From: Octopus sinensis
Taxonomy: Eukaryota
Direction: 5' to 3'
Length of the DNA: 64,000 nt
NCBI RefSeq assembly: GCF_006345805.1
Contig: NC_042998.1
Span: 49,476,001 to 49,540,000 of the forward strand
Shown: positions 1 to 13,590 of the stretch, piece by piece
Position numbering within the stretch: the stretch's first letter is position 1
Layout: every line of letters begins with the position of its first letter
The notes under the pieces: model-generated
Databases searched by the model: none
What the model was told of the DNA's origin: nothing
What the model saw: the letters and a program-made list of their open reading frames with translations, nothing else
Translations under genes and position numbers: made by a program

Positions 1-35
1 GGTGGTGGGGTGGACTAACACAGAAACACAAACAT

Positions 36-70
<35 letters not shown>

Positions 71-269
71 CACATATATACGACGTGCTTTCAGTTTCCG
101 TCTATCAAATCCACTCACAAGGCTTTGGTCGGCTCGAGGCTATAGTAAATGACACATGCCCAAGGGACTGAACCCAGAACCATGTGGTTTGTAAACAAGC
201 TACTTTCCACACAGCCATTCCTACGCCTATGATAACTTTATTATTAAAAATGCTTTGAAGATAAAAATA

Positions 270-1060
270 AACCTTTCTTTTCTATGTTATTCAATAAAGC
301 CACCTTCAACTTCAATAATTGCTTCTATACAAGATCTAAATCATCTACATACTCGAATCATGTGATCCTGGTTCATTTTAGACATTATTCAGACTATGGT
401 GGATTTCAAAGAATCTTTGGTGTTATGGGCATGTTCATTGACCTCTCTCTCAATAACGCTCCACATGGGGAATTAGGAGGCTAAATGTTGGGAGTTATGT
501 GATTATGAAAATTTTCAGCCATCCATTCCTGCGTTACTTGAGCCTTGTGTAATGGTGCAGAGTCTTTCTGATACACATAGGACCTTCCATTCATTGTGTA
601 TACAGTCTGTGCTGGGTTTCCAAGACCTTAATGTAGGCGACAGCGTTAACTCTAAGGCCTTGTGGGAAGAAGTAAGGAGGCATCACATGTCTTTCATTGC
701 TGACAACCCCTAAGACCATGACAGTTGCAGGACATTTCTGTTTGGTCCATTTTGGAGACGAGGGTCTTGAGCACCCCTCAAGCTTCGCTCGACGCTCTGA
801 AAACAAAACTGCGCCAGGAATGGGCTTCGGAAGAGTCTGTACATAACCATCTATCATTTCTTCCGTTAACTTTATAATCTTAGTCGAAGTTTTTCTCGTC
901 TGAGAGAAGTCAAATCAAATCTTCTTCTACTGGTTTTTTCAGTTTGTTTAAGAGCCTTTTAGTTTTGATGTAGCGATTTTCTTTTGCTTTTTCTGACATA
1001 AATTGACCTATCCTCATCATATTTGGGGGAAAATTACTATCCCGAAATATAACAACGTAT
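270..1060 (-). mobile_element. Decayed Tc1/mariner (DD37D/maT-like) transposase remnant
   Basis: Minus-strand peptides across frameshifts: DEKNFD, KCPATVMVLGVVSNERHVMPPYFFPQGLRVNAVAYIKVL, QKDSAPLHKAQVTQEWMAENF...PPNSP. Confidence 0.7.
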
Positions 1061-1099
1061 ATATTTATCCATTATATATGTGCGTGTGGAATGTATAAA

Positions 1100-2302
1100 T
1101 AGGGTGTTCCAAAATTAAAGAAACCAACTCTTTTCAATTTTGCCACAGCAAAATCTTATAATATTTCGGGTCCGAGCGTAGCAATGCAATGCTAAGGAAA
1201 CACAATTATGACTCTACCGGATTTATTCGATATGGCCACCTCTGTTTCGAATCAGAACCATTAAGTCTTCACACACGACACGCAGCCGTTCTTGCGAATC
1301 GAAGCCCATTCCTGGCGGAGTTTTGTCAGAGCGTCGAGCAAAACGTGAGGCGTGCTCGAGAGCCTCGTCTCCAAAATTGGCCAAACAGAAAAGTTCAACG
1401 GGTTGGATCAGAGCTTCTTGAGGGCCATACATCCTTGCCTATGAACGACGGAATGTTTTTCTGAATCCAGTGTTGTGTTTGTTTGGAGGCTGTGGGATGG
1501 TGTTGAATCCTGTTGAAGGCTTTAAGGTGCGTCTTGAAAATTCTCATTCACCCATGGAAACAGCTCAGCTTCCAGATTGTCGCCAACGATTTTAACACCC
1601 GAGGGCACAAAAACGAGGGGAGACCTTTCAGTGGCTGTCACAGACACCCAAACCATAACCAATTATAGATTTTGACGTTGATTTACGAGCCAGATGCACT
1701 CTAAAGTCGGTCATTGAGTGATTTACTGTCTGTTCGATGTCAAATTTCTATTCATCAGTGAACACCAGGTGGGCAGCGTGCCTTCAGCAATCTGACACAG
1801 GATAAGATGACTTTTTTCCGGTCTCATGGCCTTGTAAACTTGAGTGTGCTCATAACAGTGAATCAGAAATCAATACATCGATGTTCGGCTTATTTTTGCT
1901 GTGACAGCCAGTCTTCGGACGGAACGACTAGGATGTCGTCGTATCTTTTACCTGGTACTTTTGATAAACTGAGGGGTTCACACACTTCTTTTTTGGCCAC
2001 GTCCAGGTCGATCAGTGGTGGATCCAGTCCCTTGAAATTTCTTGACAATTTTCCAGACTGTTATTCGGTTAATTTTAAGCATTTTTGCTATAGCTGTATT
2101 ACTTTCGCCTCTTTTGTGGAGGGCTATGATTGTATTTCGGTCTAAAGCCATTATCTAATTTATAAATCCGAATTTATTTAGTCTGAAACAAAAAGAAGAC
2201 ACACTAAGCTTTTATAATGATGTTTAATTTTCATATCTTGTTACATTTATAGATAGTTATTAAAACCCGAAACTTCGGTTACCTTAATTTCGGGACACCT
2301 TG
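1100..2302 (-). mobile_element. Tc1/mariner-superfamily transposon (DD37D-like), about 1.2 kb, degenerate
   Basis: TIR agggtgttccaaaattaaagaaacc / ggttaccttaatttcgggacacct-tg, TA at the right end. Minus strand carries QQDSTPSH, SNPLNFSVWPILE and RNRGGHIE. Confidence 0.75.
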
Positions 2303-2400
2303 TATGTAACTAATGTATTGACAGCTAGTAATGAAAGATCCTGTAGTTTTCGTTAGACCTTCTTTCTAGAAGTTAAACTCGTATAAAAAAAATGAAGTGC

Positions 2401-2441
2401 ATATCTGTCTGTCTGTCTGTCTGTGTATCTGTTTGCCTGTA

Positions 2442-2477
<36 letters not shown>

Positions 2478-2545
2478 ACTGTCTGTTTGTTTCTCTGTCT
2501 GTCCGACTGTCTGTCTCTCTATCCGTCCGTCTGTCTGTCTGTCTT
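2401..2545. repeat. (TCTG)n microsatellite
   Basis: Directly visible imperfect tetranucleotide run. Confidence 0.9.
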
Positions 2546-2987
2546 TCTAATGACTGAAAGAAGTCAATAACAAAGAACCCCCCCCCCTCCCCACCAAAAA
2601 ACAAAAGCAAAAAGCAAAAAAAAAAAAAAAGAATCTGAAGGGAAAAAAAAAAGCTGCTCTTTTTTTCTATATGTGCTTCTTCGTCTTTCGAACAATGGCA
2701 GTCAGTGGAAAGACACTTGCACTATAGAACATGTTGCCTTCGTAGTAATCTCAACTGATATACTAGAATGTGTATAGTGTTCTAAATATCAGTTCTATGC
2801 AATGTAATTTAAATTTAAATCGCACTATATAATTATATGCGTGCGTGCGCGTAAATTCTTCTTATTATTTGCATTTCATCCTTTTGGAGTCAATAAATTA
2901 ACTACCAGTGAAACACTGGAGTCCATGTACTCAACTAGTACCCCCTCCCGAAAAAAAATTTCAGGCCTTGTGCCTTTAGTAGAAAGG

Positions 2988-3135
<148 letters not shown>

Positions 3136-3350
3136 AAGGCGGCGAGCTGGCAGAATCGTTAGCACACCGGGCGAAATGCTTAGCAGTATTTCACCCGTCG
3201 CTACGTTCTGAGTTCAAATTCCGCCAAGGTGGACTTTGCCATTCATTCTTTTGGGATCGATAAAATGAAAACCAGTTGAACTTTGTTAATGTCAATGTAA
3301 TCGACTTACTCCTTTCCCTAAAATTGCTGACATTGTGCCTATAGTAAAAA
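3136..3350 (+). mobile_element. tRNA-derived SINE, family B (taaggcggcgagctggcagaatcgttag...), (ATT)n tail
   Basis: A-box-like tggcagaatcgttag and B-box-like gagttcaaattcc. Related copies at about 10220-10405(+), 17065-17205(-), 22145-22730(-, several), 25835-25990(-), 29066-29250(-), 29370-29560(-), 44741-44960(+), 45080-45465(-), 58700-58900(+). Confidence 0.8.
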
Positions 3351-3362
3351 GGATTATTATTA

Positions 3363-3421
<59 letters not shown>

Positions 3422-3424
<3 letters not shown>

Positions 3425-4573
3425 TAGTTTTATTTTTATAGCGTGCTTTCATTTCACTACCGAGCGCAGCTCTGTGTGCCTTGGGTATGTGCTGTGATTT
3501 GTTGTGATGCTCTGATGGTTATTGTATGGAAAGTGTTCTGCGTAGGATGTGTGCAGTGCCTAGTAGTGCAATTTTCTGTATGTTTTATGTGTTTGTAAGT
3601 CCTGGTGTTTTTGTTATGTATTTGTCTGAATATTTTTTTATCATGCCTAATGCACCTACTATGATAGGAATTGTTTCTGTTTTCAGATTCCACATTCTAG
3701 TTACCTCTATTTCCAGGTCTTTGTATTTTGAGAGTTTCTCCATTTCTTTTAGAGACACGTTGTCATCAGCCGGTATTGATACATCAATTAGAAAGCATTT
3801 TTTTTCTTCATGATCTCTGACAACTATATCTGGTCTGTTGGCCTTAATTTCTCTATCTGTGTGTATCGGCATATCCCAGAGTATGGTTGCTTTCTCGTTT
3901 TCTGTGACCTTTTCTGGTGTGTGCCTATACCATCTTTTTTCTGTTGTTATTCCATAATGTTGGCATAGCTTCCAATGTATGTAGGTTCCAACTCTGTCAT
4001 GTCTGTGAATATATTCCTTCTTAGCCAGGACTGGGCAGCTAGAGATAATATGATTATTGTTTCTTGTCCATCTCCACATATTCTGCAGTTACTTGTAATA
4101 TTTCTTTTCATTACATGTTTTTGGTAATTTCTGGTGGGGAGGCTTTGGTCTTGTGCTGCAATTAAAAATCCCTCTGTTTCTGCTTTGAGTCTGAGCTTCT
4201 CAACCATTGCTGGGATTTTCTTTGTCTATTTCTTTTGCGTTTAGTTTAGTGCAGTATTTACCATGAAGGGGCTTTTCTTGCCATCGTTTTATCATGGTTC
4301 GTTGCTGTTCTATTTTTAGTTTGGATTTCATTTGTTTTATAGCTTTTGTTGTTTCTTCATCATCTTCTTCTTCTTCTTCGTGTTTATTAGGTGGTATGAT
4401 TTCTTGTTTGTATTTGTCAGCTTCCTTAAATACTGAGAACAGTTTTTTGTTTTGCTCGTGTTTTGCTGCTATCTGGATCAGTTTTCCTTCCTTCTGAAGT
4501 AGGTATTTTTGCAGTCCTATGGTGGTTATTTTATAGTAATTTTCCAGCTGTATAAGGCCTCTACCACCGAAGA

Positions 4574-4574
<1 letters not shown>
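3422..4574 (-). mobile_element. 5'-truncated REL-endonuclease LINE (R4/Dong-like)
   Basis: GGRGL; KAETEGFLIAAQDQ; CRIC..HIISSC..RHD zinc finger; NRPDIVV..LIDVS..EKLSKYKDLE REL domain. (ATT)n tracts on both sides. Confidence 0.9.
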
Positions 4575-4629
<55 letters not shown>

Positions 4630-4656
4630 CATCATCATCATGATTATTATTATTAT

Positions 4657-6882
4657 ATGAAAACTCACTTATATTGCTGGGTATGATGGAAAGTGTCAGC
4701 TGTCCACAGACAGCAGACTAAGGTGACACTTGTTTACTGGTCTTGCTTCAAGAACCCTGCGAAGAATTCTTGCGGTTCCAAGCAATGCTTATTTTTGTAG
4801 GTGTTCTACTTTCACACTTGCAACGATCTTTTTCAACCATGCTGGTAGTTGAGTGCTGATACTTCCAAGTGCACCAATTACTATTGGTATCATGTCTACT
4901 CTCCTCATTGACCACAATCTTCGTTTTTCTCATTTTAAATCGTCATAGTTGTTTGTTTTTTCTTTTTCTTTCACATTGATCCTGTTGTCACCAAGTCCTG
5001 AGTCGATTATCATACATGTTCTTTCTTTACTATTCACCACAACAATATCCGGTTTCGATGTCTGGTCAGCTAATCACACTGGATTATTGCATCCCACGGG
5101 ATTTTTCAATTCTCATTTTCGGTGACTCCTGGAGTTTGCTGATACCACGTCTTTGCTCTTTGTAGGCCGTGATTTCCACAGAGTTCCCAATGGATCATTC
5201 TTACCACATTGTCATGGCATCTTTTGTATTCGTGTTGTGCCAATTTCGGGCATTTGCTAACGATGTGCCCTACCGTTTCACCCCTCTCACCACACATTCT
5301 GCAATTGTCACTATCGGTAGTGTTGTCTATTCTGTACTTCATAAAGTTGGCCCTTAACGCTTGTTCCTGAGCTGCGCATATGAATGCTTCTGTTTCTATT
5401 TTCAGGCCACTCCTCCTCATCCATAACCACCGGTTCGCTATATCTGTCTTGACCGTACATTTTCTTTTCCTTCCGCACATTTTTTCTTTTTTTTTGTTCA
5501 TTTTTTGTTTAAATTTTTCTCTAGTTACATAACTTTCACTTTTGATGACGCCAGCCTTCTTCGTGTTTCAACAGTGACTCCACAGCATTTTTTATATACC
5601 ACCATAAGCTGTTTTCGTCTCCTTCGATACTGTCCTGGCAACTGATCAAGCCTCTCCCACTCTTTCATCTGGACAAGTACAGCTTATCAGTGTCACTCTT
5701 TGGGTGAAAGTCTCCGTGTACTGTCAACATTTTTCTGGTCTTGGTATCCATTTTCTTCACTTCCTTCTTTTGCCACTTCATAATTCCCACTCCATAGCGA
5801 AGTGATGCTATCGCCCACATATTAACTGATTGGATTGTATTCCATCCAGTCAATTTTGAGCGCAACACCAACCTCAGTCTTCGGAAATACTCCATCCTCA
5901 GTTGCTCATTCATTTCCTTTTCCATTATGTCGTTCAACTCCAGTATATAAAGTCATTTGTATGCTTCCGTTTCAATTTGCTTAATAAAGTCTCTGTTCGG
6001 TAATTCTACCCCTGCTAGGGAGTGTACCTTGCCTATTTTTAGGTAGATTATTCCGCACTTCTTGAGTCCAAATTTCAATCTAATATAAATACTAAAACAG
6101 TAGACCTTGTTCACCAAAGAATTCACTTGTATCTTATCTTTTGCCATACAGTTTCAAGTCATCCACGAAGAGGAGGTGGTTGATTGTTTGAGGTTTTCTC
6201 TTTAGTTAGTACCTGAGGTACATTTTCCTAAGTACCAAGGTCAGAGGTATCATGCAGAGAAGGAAAAGCAACGGAGATAGGCTGTCACCCTGGAAAATCC
6301 CTCTTCTGGTACACCGGGTGCCCAGGCTTTTCCGTATGATGCCAGTTCAGTTTTCCATCCCACCATACTTCTATTCAGGAAACACGTTACATTCCTCGCA
6401 ATTCTAAATAGATCTAAGCACTCGATGATACACAAATGTGGAATCATATTATAAGCTTCGTGATAGCCAATCCAGGCCATTCCCAGATTTGTTCTCCTTC
6501 GTTTATAATCTTGCGTTACCATTTTGTCTATCAATAGTTGATCTTTGGTACCTCTGCATCTCCTTCAATAGCATTTTTGTTCCGTCGGTAATACATCGTT
6601 CTCATCAAGAAATTTATACAATTCTTCTGCAATTCCTCCTGACAGTAACTTCCACATTAACGGGAGGCAGGAAATTGGTCTGTAATTGTCAGCAACATTT
6701 CTCTTTAATGCATCCTTCAGACACAACACCATTCGTCCTTTTCTTAACCAGCCTGGGATTTCTTCTCCATTGATCAATGCATTAAACTGCTATGCGATCA
6801 ATTTATGGCAACTACTGAATTTTTAAAAATCCAAAATCCCTGTACACCATGAGGTCCAGCTGCTCTCCATTGCTTATCTTTT
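4657..6882 (-). mobile_element. Degenerate REL-type LINE (R4/Dong-like), RT to 3' end
   Basis: [61 protein letters not shown]. The 3' end abuts the (TAA)n tract at 4577-4656. Confidence 0.85.
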
Positions 6883-8619
6883 TACTACATCCGCTTATGA
6901 CGGAGGTAAAGACAAAGGACCGCACCCCCTTTGGGATGTTTTTTTGGTTTCTTTTTTACAGGAACCCAATATATGGACCCCGAAGATTCCGAATCGGCAA
7001 AAAAATCTGCATTTCAAAATTTGAATCACCCATACCCCGCTTTCTTAAATTTTCATTAAAAAAAAATTTACGGGGTTATTCTGGGTTTCTCGCTCATAAG
7101 GGGTTTAGCCTTACGGCGTATCTTCAGACCCCAAACACTGCTGGCCTGAGACCTTTTTAAAATAATGGAGAGGGGAAAAGCCTCGTTTTATCTCTCTTTG
7201 CCATTGTCCATCGATCTTCGGCCACTCTGCCATCTATCTTGTGGTCACAAAAGCACCACGAAGGTAAACGATTGTCTCTCTTCGGCCTTGGCTATTGGTT
7301 TCCGGCTGTGGTGCCGCCCTGCAGATTCCAAAAAGCCAGCAGGAATTTTCTGTATAGATAGTCAATGTATTGTATATCCGAAAAGAAGAACACTCTAAAG
7401 CATCCACAAACGCGTGAGCCTCGCAGACGTCTCGTCAGACTCTAAAACCGAAGATTTTATATATATATATATATATATGATGGATTATATATATATGATG
7501 GATTCTCTCGTCGTGAACGACAAATGAATGTAAGGTAAAATAAAGCGGTAATTATATTCTATGGACGCACATGTTCCTCTCAAGGCCTGTTGGTGCCTTG
7601 CAAACGTTTTAGCAAATGAAACAAGTTGAGGACTCTGTTTATTCGAGTGCTTGTAGATCATTTACTACGTATTTTCTTGAGTGAACGGCAAGGCCTGCTT
7701 TGCTCCGTGTCACAAAACCACAATGACAGGTAAGGTTTTCATTTAGAGGGGCAGTGTTTTGCCAACATGCCTTCCAGCTTGTACAAAGTTGAATGTATGC
7801 ATGTATGTATATATGTAAACTTTGCTTTTAAACCATTCGATGTCGGAAAAGCAAAGGAAAATAATTAGCCCAGTGCTGGTGTAATCTTCTCACCTTCCTA
7901 TCACATCTTGGATGTTTCAGTAAGTGAGAGGGCGAAGTGGGTCCCTCTATTTTGCTCGGACCAAATGGGTTCCTCAAAAGAATTAGTGAAAAGCATGGTA
8001 GATACCATACTAAGCGGTGGTGTAGCGTAGATTTGGGCCTTGCCCTGCGTGGTAGCCAAACTGACCTCCCACTCACTTCCTTAAACATAACACACCTTCT
8101 ATAAAAGCAATCATCGTCACCAACCCTCGAGTGGCCACCCTGCGCATACCCGACATACCCACACGCTATAGTACTGCTGCTACCCCACGCTGTACTACTG
8201 CTGCTAAATTGTAATCGCTTGTAAGTGGAAAGTGTAGCTTTTTTCTTTTTCTTTTTCTTTTTCTCATGTGCAGAGAAAAAACATGTTGCGAAAAAATATC
8301 AATGAAACAGAGAAGTTAATTTTGATGGATTTTTTTTTGATGTGGAGGAGGATAGAAAGAATGAAGTGATTATGCATAGCGACGACATAGTGAGAGGAGG
8401 AGGAGGAGGCTATTTCTATGCTATGAGTTCGTTTTGACGAAATAGTTTTTTTTTGACGGAATTACAATCGTAAAAGGAAAATGAATACGTATATAAATAA
8501 TGTCAGGCGTGTATATACTGAGGCATATTGTATGTAAATGCATACATACATACATACATACATACATACATACATACATACATACATACATACATAGTAT
8601 ACTTCTGTAAACACCGGAA

Positions 8620-9770
8620 AATATGAAACTCAGAGCTGTTTGCGTTTAACAAGACCATATCTAAATGCTAGTACCAACATTTGGGATATTGGACAGAACA
8701 TCCGATGAGATACGCAGAAAGGTACTGACCACCACTGGCAACATTAACAACAACACAGATAGAATTTACGTGAAACGAAGTGATGGCGGTAGAGGCATAA
8801 AATCTGTACGAATAGCATTTGAATGTCGCATTGTATCACTCAGAAAACACCTGTTGAACAGTACAGAAAGAAACGAGTACATTCTAAGCATACTCAAAAG
8901 TGAGAGCAACATCTCCAGAGCTGGTACTCTGAGAATACAACTGTCTCATGCGAACCAAAGGTGGCTGGACTGGCTTAACTGAACAGAAGCTTGAAGGAGA
9001 AGCAGGCATCATACCAAAAATAAAGCCATGCATGAGTGCATATCCCGTAAGCTAGAGGGCAACAACAGTGTTGACATTTCATCCCACCTAGAAGGATATA
9101 CCTTCGCTATCTAGGAATAGGAGATAGCTACTGAATACCCAATAAACAAGAGGGGAAAAGATACCTCTAGATCTTCATGTTGTGATAAAAAATGTCGGCT
9201 TTGCTACGCCAGTGTGGAAGATATAACCCACATTGTGGCATGATATAGTTGAAAAAGAAAAATTACAATGCCATCCGCAGAAAGGACTGTTTTTTAGCTT
9301 ATGTATCAGAACAAACAGGTATTCACACTTTTAAAAGCAAGGAATACTGGTCAAACACCCCAATAAAAACATCATTTGGGTGCAAACATAACAGACTTGA
9401 TATTGTTCTGTGAGACAGGAAACAAGCCATGCATTGTTGCAGAGGTCAGCTATCCAGCACATATGAATGTACAATCAAAAGTCCAGGAAAAAGAGAATAT
9501 TAATGCGGAATTTCCAGCTGCTCTAGTACAGTGACTACGAATTTGTACCTATTATCATAGGTGCATTAAGATATGTATCAACAATTTTGTACAAGAACCT
9601 GGAAATACTCGGTTTCACAGAAAAAGAGCAAACGAAACTGATACGGATTCTCAGTGAAGATTTGTAAGACATGCTAAAAATTCTCCATTTGAGATTCTTA
9701 TGTGAATAGATGCACACACATGGGTGTGTGCATCGACCGTTCAGCCAAAACCCCAACTCAACAACATATG
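8620..9770 (+). mobile_element. Degenerate REL-type LINE fragment (second family)
   Basis: DRIYVKRSDGGRGIKS, SHLEGYTFAI, CRLC..EDITHI, PIIIGAL; many stops and frameshifts. Confidence 0.75.
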
Positions 9771-10122
9771 TACAAATACCGGGAACTCTCTTAACTCAAT
9801 GAAGTCTTGTTGCTTCGTTAGCAACCAGGTTGAATTCTCTCAAGAATTAACTTAAATTAAACTCAAAGAAAAATTACATATGTGCACGTGCGCACACGCT
9901 CACTCATTATAGATGCAGGCGTAGCTATGTGGTAAGAAGTTTGCTTATCTACCACATGGTTACAGATTCAGTCCCACTGGGTTGCAACTTGGGCAAATGC
10001 CGTCTGCAATAGCCTCAGACTGACCAAAGCCTTATGACTGAATTTCGTAGACGGAAGCTGAAAGAAGGCCGTTATATATATATATGATAATAATAATAAT
10101 ATTAGGGAGTATATCCCTAATT

Positions 10123-10153
<31 letters not shown>

Positions 10154-10497
10154 TATATATATAATATATATATATATGATAATAATAATAATAATAATAA
10201 TTGTTATTATTATTATATTAAGGCGGTGAGCTGGCAGAATCGTTGGCCATGCTGGACGAAATGCTTAGCGGTATTTTGCCCGTCGCTACGTTCTGAGTTC
10301 ATTCGTTATGGTCAATAAATTTAGTACCAGTTGCGTGCTGGCGTCGATCTAATCGATTGACCCCTTCGCGCAAAATTTCAGGCCTTGCACCTAAAGTAGA
10401 AAGGATTAATATCATTATTAAAACCTGCCTAGAAAATATCTCCAGTGTATGAAACTATTAGTGACTGATAACTGTATATTATATACTGTGTACATTA

Positions 10498-10536
<39 letters not shown>

Positions 10537-10721
10537 AAAAAAGCAACAAGAATGGATTAAAGCAACAAGAATGGATTGCTTTTTTCCTATTTGTAATCAC
10601 CCCACTTGTCTTATGGTTAACACCATATAGATTTCCGGTGCATCCTAGTTAAGGACCATATTCATGTGAATTCTAAAGAATTCACTAGAATCTCAATTAC
10701 TTAACTGAATATATATATATA

Positions 10722-12058
10722 TATATATTGTGAGTGTGACACCACCGCTTGCTTTGGAAGAGTACTTCTGGCATCTTCCAACCGCATCGGGGCAAATGGA
10801 TTTTAGTGTGTGGTGTAAGGTTGGTGTGATGTTCAATATTTTAATGTGTTCTGGTGGTGTTGTGTATGGGTTGTTGCTTGTTTTTATGTCTTTGTGTGTC
10901 AGGTTTGTTTTTGTGCTGATGTATTCTATCAACTCTGTATTTTTCGTGTTGATGACAGTGAGCATTGTGTGTGTGTTTGTTTTTGATGTGTTGGTGTTGG
11001 TGTTGTGTGTGCTTTGTTTGCGTTTGGTTTGGTTCTTTTCTTGCTCCTCTTCCTCTTTCTTTTTCTGGCTATTTGCCATTCCTCACTGCTTTCGTCTTCC
11101 GATGAAATTTCTGAGAAATCGGAAATGGGTAGGGGCATGTTGTAAGCTTCTATGTATGTTTGTGTAAGTGGTTGTGTTGTTTTCGTTGATGTTGGTTGTT
11201 GACTGTTTGTGTGTGGTGTATGTGATGTAGGGGAAGGGGAATCAGTTTTTGTATTGTCTTTTGGTTTTTCTGTTTCTTTAGTTCCTGTTGGTGTTGTTGC
11301 TGTTGTTTTTCCGGCTGCTGTTGTATTCTCAATTGTCGGTGTCGTCTTCTGTGTTGGTGGTGGTGTGGGTAGTAGTGGTTTCTTCCAGGTTTTTCTGGTT
11401 GTGGTGATGGTTTTTTTTTTTTTTTGCAGTCGGACAATCGTTTTTCAAATGTGTTTCGCTGTTGCACAGATAACAGCGTGGTCGCCTGCCCTCCACCACT
11501 ACATACAGTTTGTAGCCTTCTGTCAATTCTATGGAGGTGGGTATTTTATTAATCGTTGGCTAATCAATCTGAAGAAGGATCTCAAGTGTCTTCCCGACCC
11601 AATTTTGTTGTTCTAAAACAGCAATTTCTAGGATGTTTGTTTCCTCCATCTCGAAACAGATGGCAGATAATAGCCATTGTGTCTCGATTTCCGGAAGCAC
11701 ATTTTTTATTGTGACTTTTGTCACTCTCTGGCCTAGATACGTTGGTATCATCACTAACCCATCCGTGTTGAGGGTCAGTGTAGAGAAACGTTTGTCCAGA
11801 TTTTCGTCCTGGAATCGGACTTTGACGGTGCCGTATTTGTGCCACCAGTTCACGTATTCCTTGTGTGGCCAAACAGGGCGATGGTATTTTTCTATTTTTT
11901 GTTGTGGTGTTTGATCTGCTCTTTTTGTTTTCGTGTTGATAATTTTATAAATGATCGTTCTTTTCTGTGTGTCTTCTAGGATGTTTTTTGGGATGTGGAA
12001 GTGTAAATTGCTCCTTCTTTTGTATCCTTTATTTGTTGCGCGGTGAATTTGACTATAT
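10722..12058 (-). mobile_element. Tx1/L1-like LINE ORF1 remnant
   Basis: VVVEGRRPRCYLCNSETHLKNDC (CCHC knuckle) followed by a Thr/Lys/His-rich tail; homologous to ORF1 at 27.3-27.7 kb. Confidence 0.65.
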
Positions 12059-12060
12059 AG

Positions 12061-13590
12061 CCTTAATATCAGCCTTAATATCAGCCTTAATATCAGCCTT
12101 GACCCACCGTCCAAGTTTGAAATAAGAAAGGCTATATAATCCCTCAAGAATGGGAAAGCGGGAGGTGTAGACAACATTCCAGCTGAAGTAATGAAATCAG
12201 CTATAGAAATAGCGGTAGAAATGTTTCATCCATTATTTTCTAAGATATGGCAGGAAGAAAATGTGCCTAATGATTGGAAGGAGGGACTCATCGTAAAATT
12301 GCCAAAAAACAGGTGATTTAAGCGTTTGCGGAAATTATAGAAGGATTATGCAATTATCGACTCCCGGAAAAGTTTTTAACAGGATACTTTTAGAGCGGAT
12401 GAGGACAGCAGTTGACAAATTGTTGCGTAAAGAACAAGCCGGATTTAGGAAGAACCGTTCATGTGTAGATCAAGTCGCCACTCTTCGCATCATCTTAGAG
12501 CAAAGCGTGGAGTGGAATGCACCGCTTTATATTATTTATTCATTTCGAAAAAGCATTTGATAGTGTAGATAGGGAAAGGCTTATGGAAAATTATGCAGCA
12601 CTATGGCATACCAGACAAGTATATATATTTATAATAAGAGCAACTTACCAAGGAATGTCATGCCGAGTCTTGCATGGAAACGGAGCTACGGATAAATTCG
12701 AAGTAAAAACAAGAGTTCGACAGGGCTGTATACTTTCTCCCTTTTTATTTCTACTAGTTATAGATTGGATTATGAAGGAAACTACGACTGAAAGCCAAAC
12801 AGGCATTGAATGGACGGATGCGGAAGCTCTAGAAGATCTCGACTTTGCAGATGATATAGCGCTACTTTCACAAATATATAGCCAAATGCAAAATAAAACG
12901 TCAAAACTAGAAGCAATTGCTGTCAAACTAGGATTGAAAGTCAACCGCGACAAATCAAACATTATGCGCGTTAATGAAGAAAACAGCGAACGTATTAAAC
13001 TAGAAACCGGCGAACTAGAGATGTAGCCGAGTTTACGTATTTAGGTAGTAAGATAACGTTTTCAGGCGGCACCGACGAAGATATTAAGACGAGAATAAGT
13101 AAGGCAAGGACTGCTTTTCATCTGTTAAAAGAAGTATGGAGCGCAAGTGTAATTTCAATAAAGAACAAAATAAGAAATTTTAACACTAACGTTATTGTAT
13201 GACGAACAACAGTTAAATTAAATAAGCAAATACAATCATTCATCAACAGATGCTTGCGTAGTATACTTAAAATTAGATGGCCCGAACACATAAGCAAAAT
13301 GAAGATATGGCAAAGAACAAATCAAGTTTCGATTAGAGAGTAAATATTTAAGAAAAAGTGGAAGTGGATTGGTAGCACAATTAGAAAAGAAACACCAAAT
13401 GTAGCGAAAAGTGCTTTACAGTGGAATCCGAATGGATAAGAACTCGTGGCGTAGATCAACACAAAAGGAACTAGAGAAAGGGGGACATTCATGGCAGAGT
13501 ATAAGTACAGAAGCGAAAAATTATGCGACATGGAATTCAATTATAAGTGACCTATATTCCACGTTGGAGGGTTAAAGGCAGAAAGAATAA
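12061..13590 (+). mobile_element. 5'-truncated RTE-clade LINE (reverse transcriptase, frameshifted)
   Basis: DPPSKFEIRKAI..LKNGKAGGVDNIPAE, EQAGFRKNRSCVDQ, FEKAFDSV, VRQGCILSP, LDFADDIALL, FTYLGS. Confidence 0.92.

Noticed and set aside
6883-8220. Non-repetitive-looking segments truncating the LINE, with a TATA-like ctataaaag near 8099
   Set aside because: Probably TE or LTR pieces, but I could not establish TIR, TSD, partner LTR or coding similarity.
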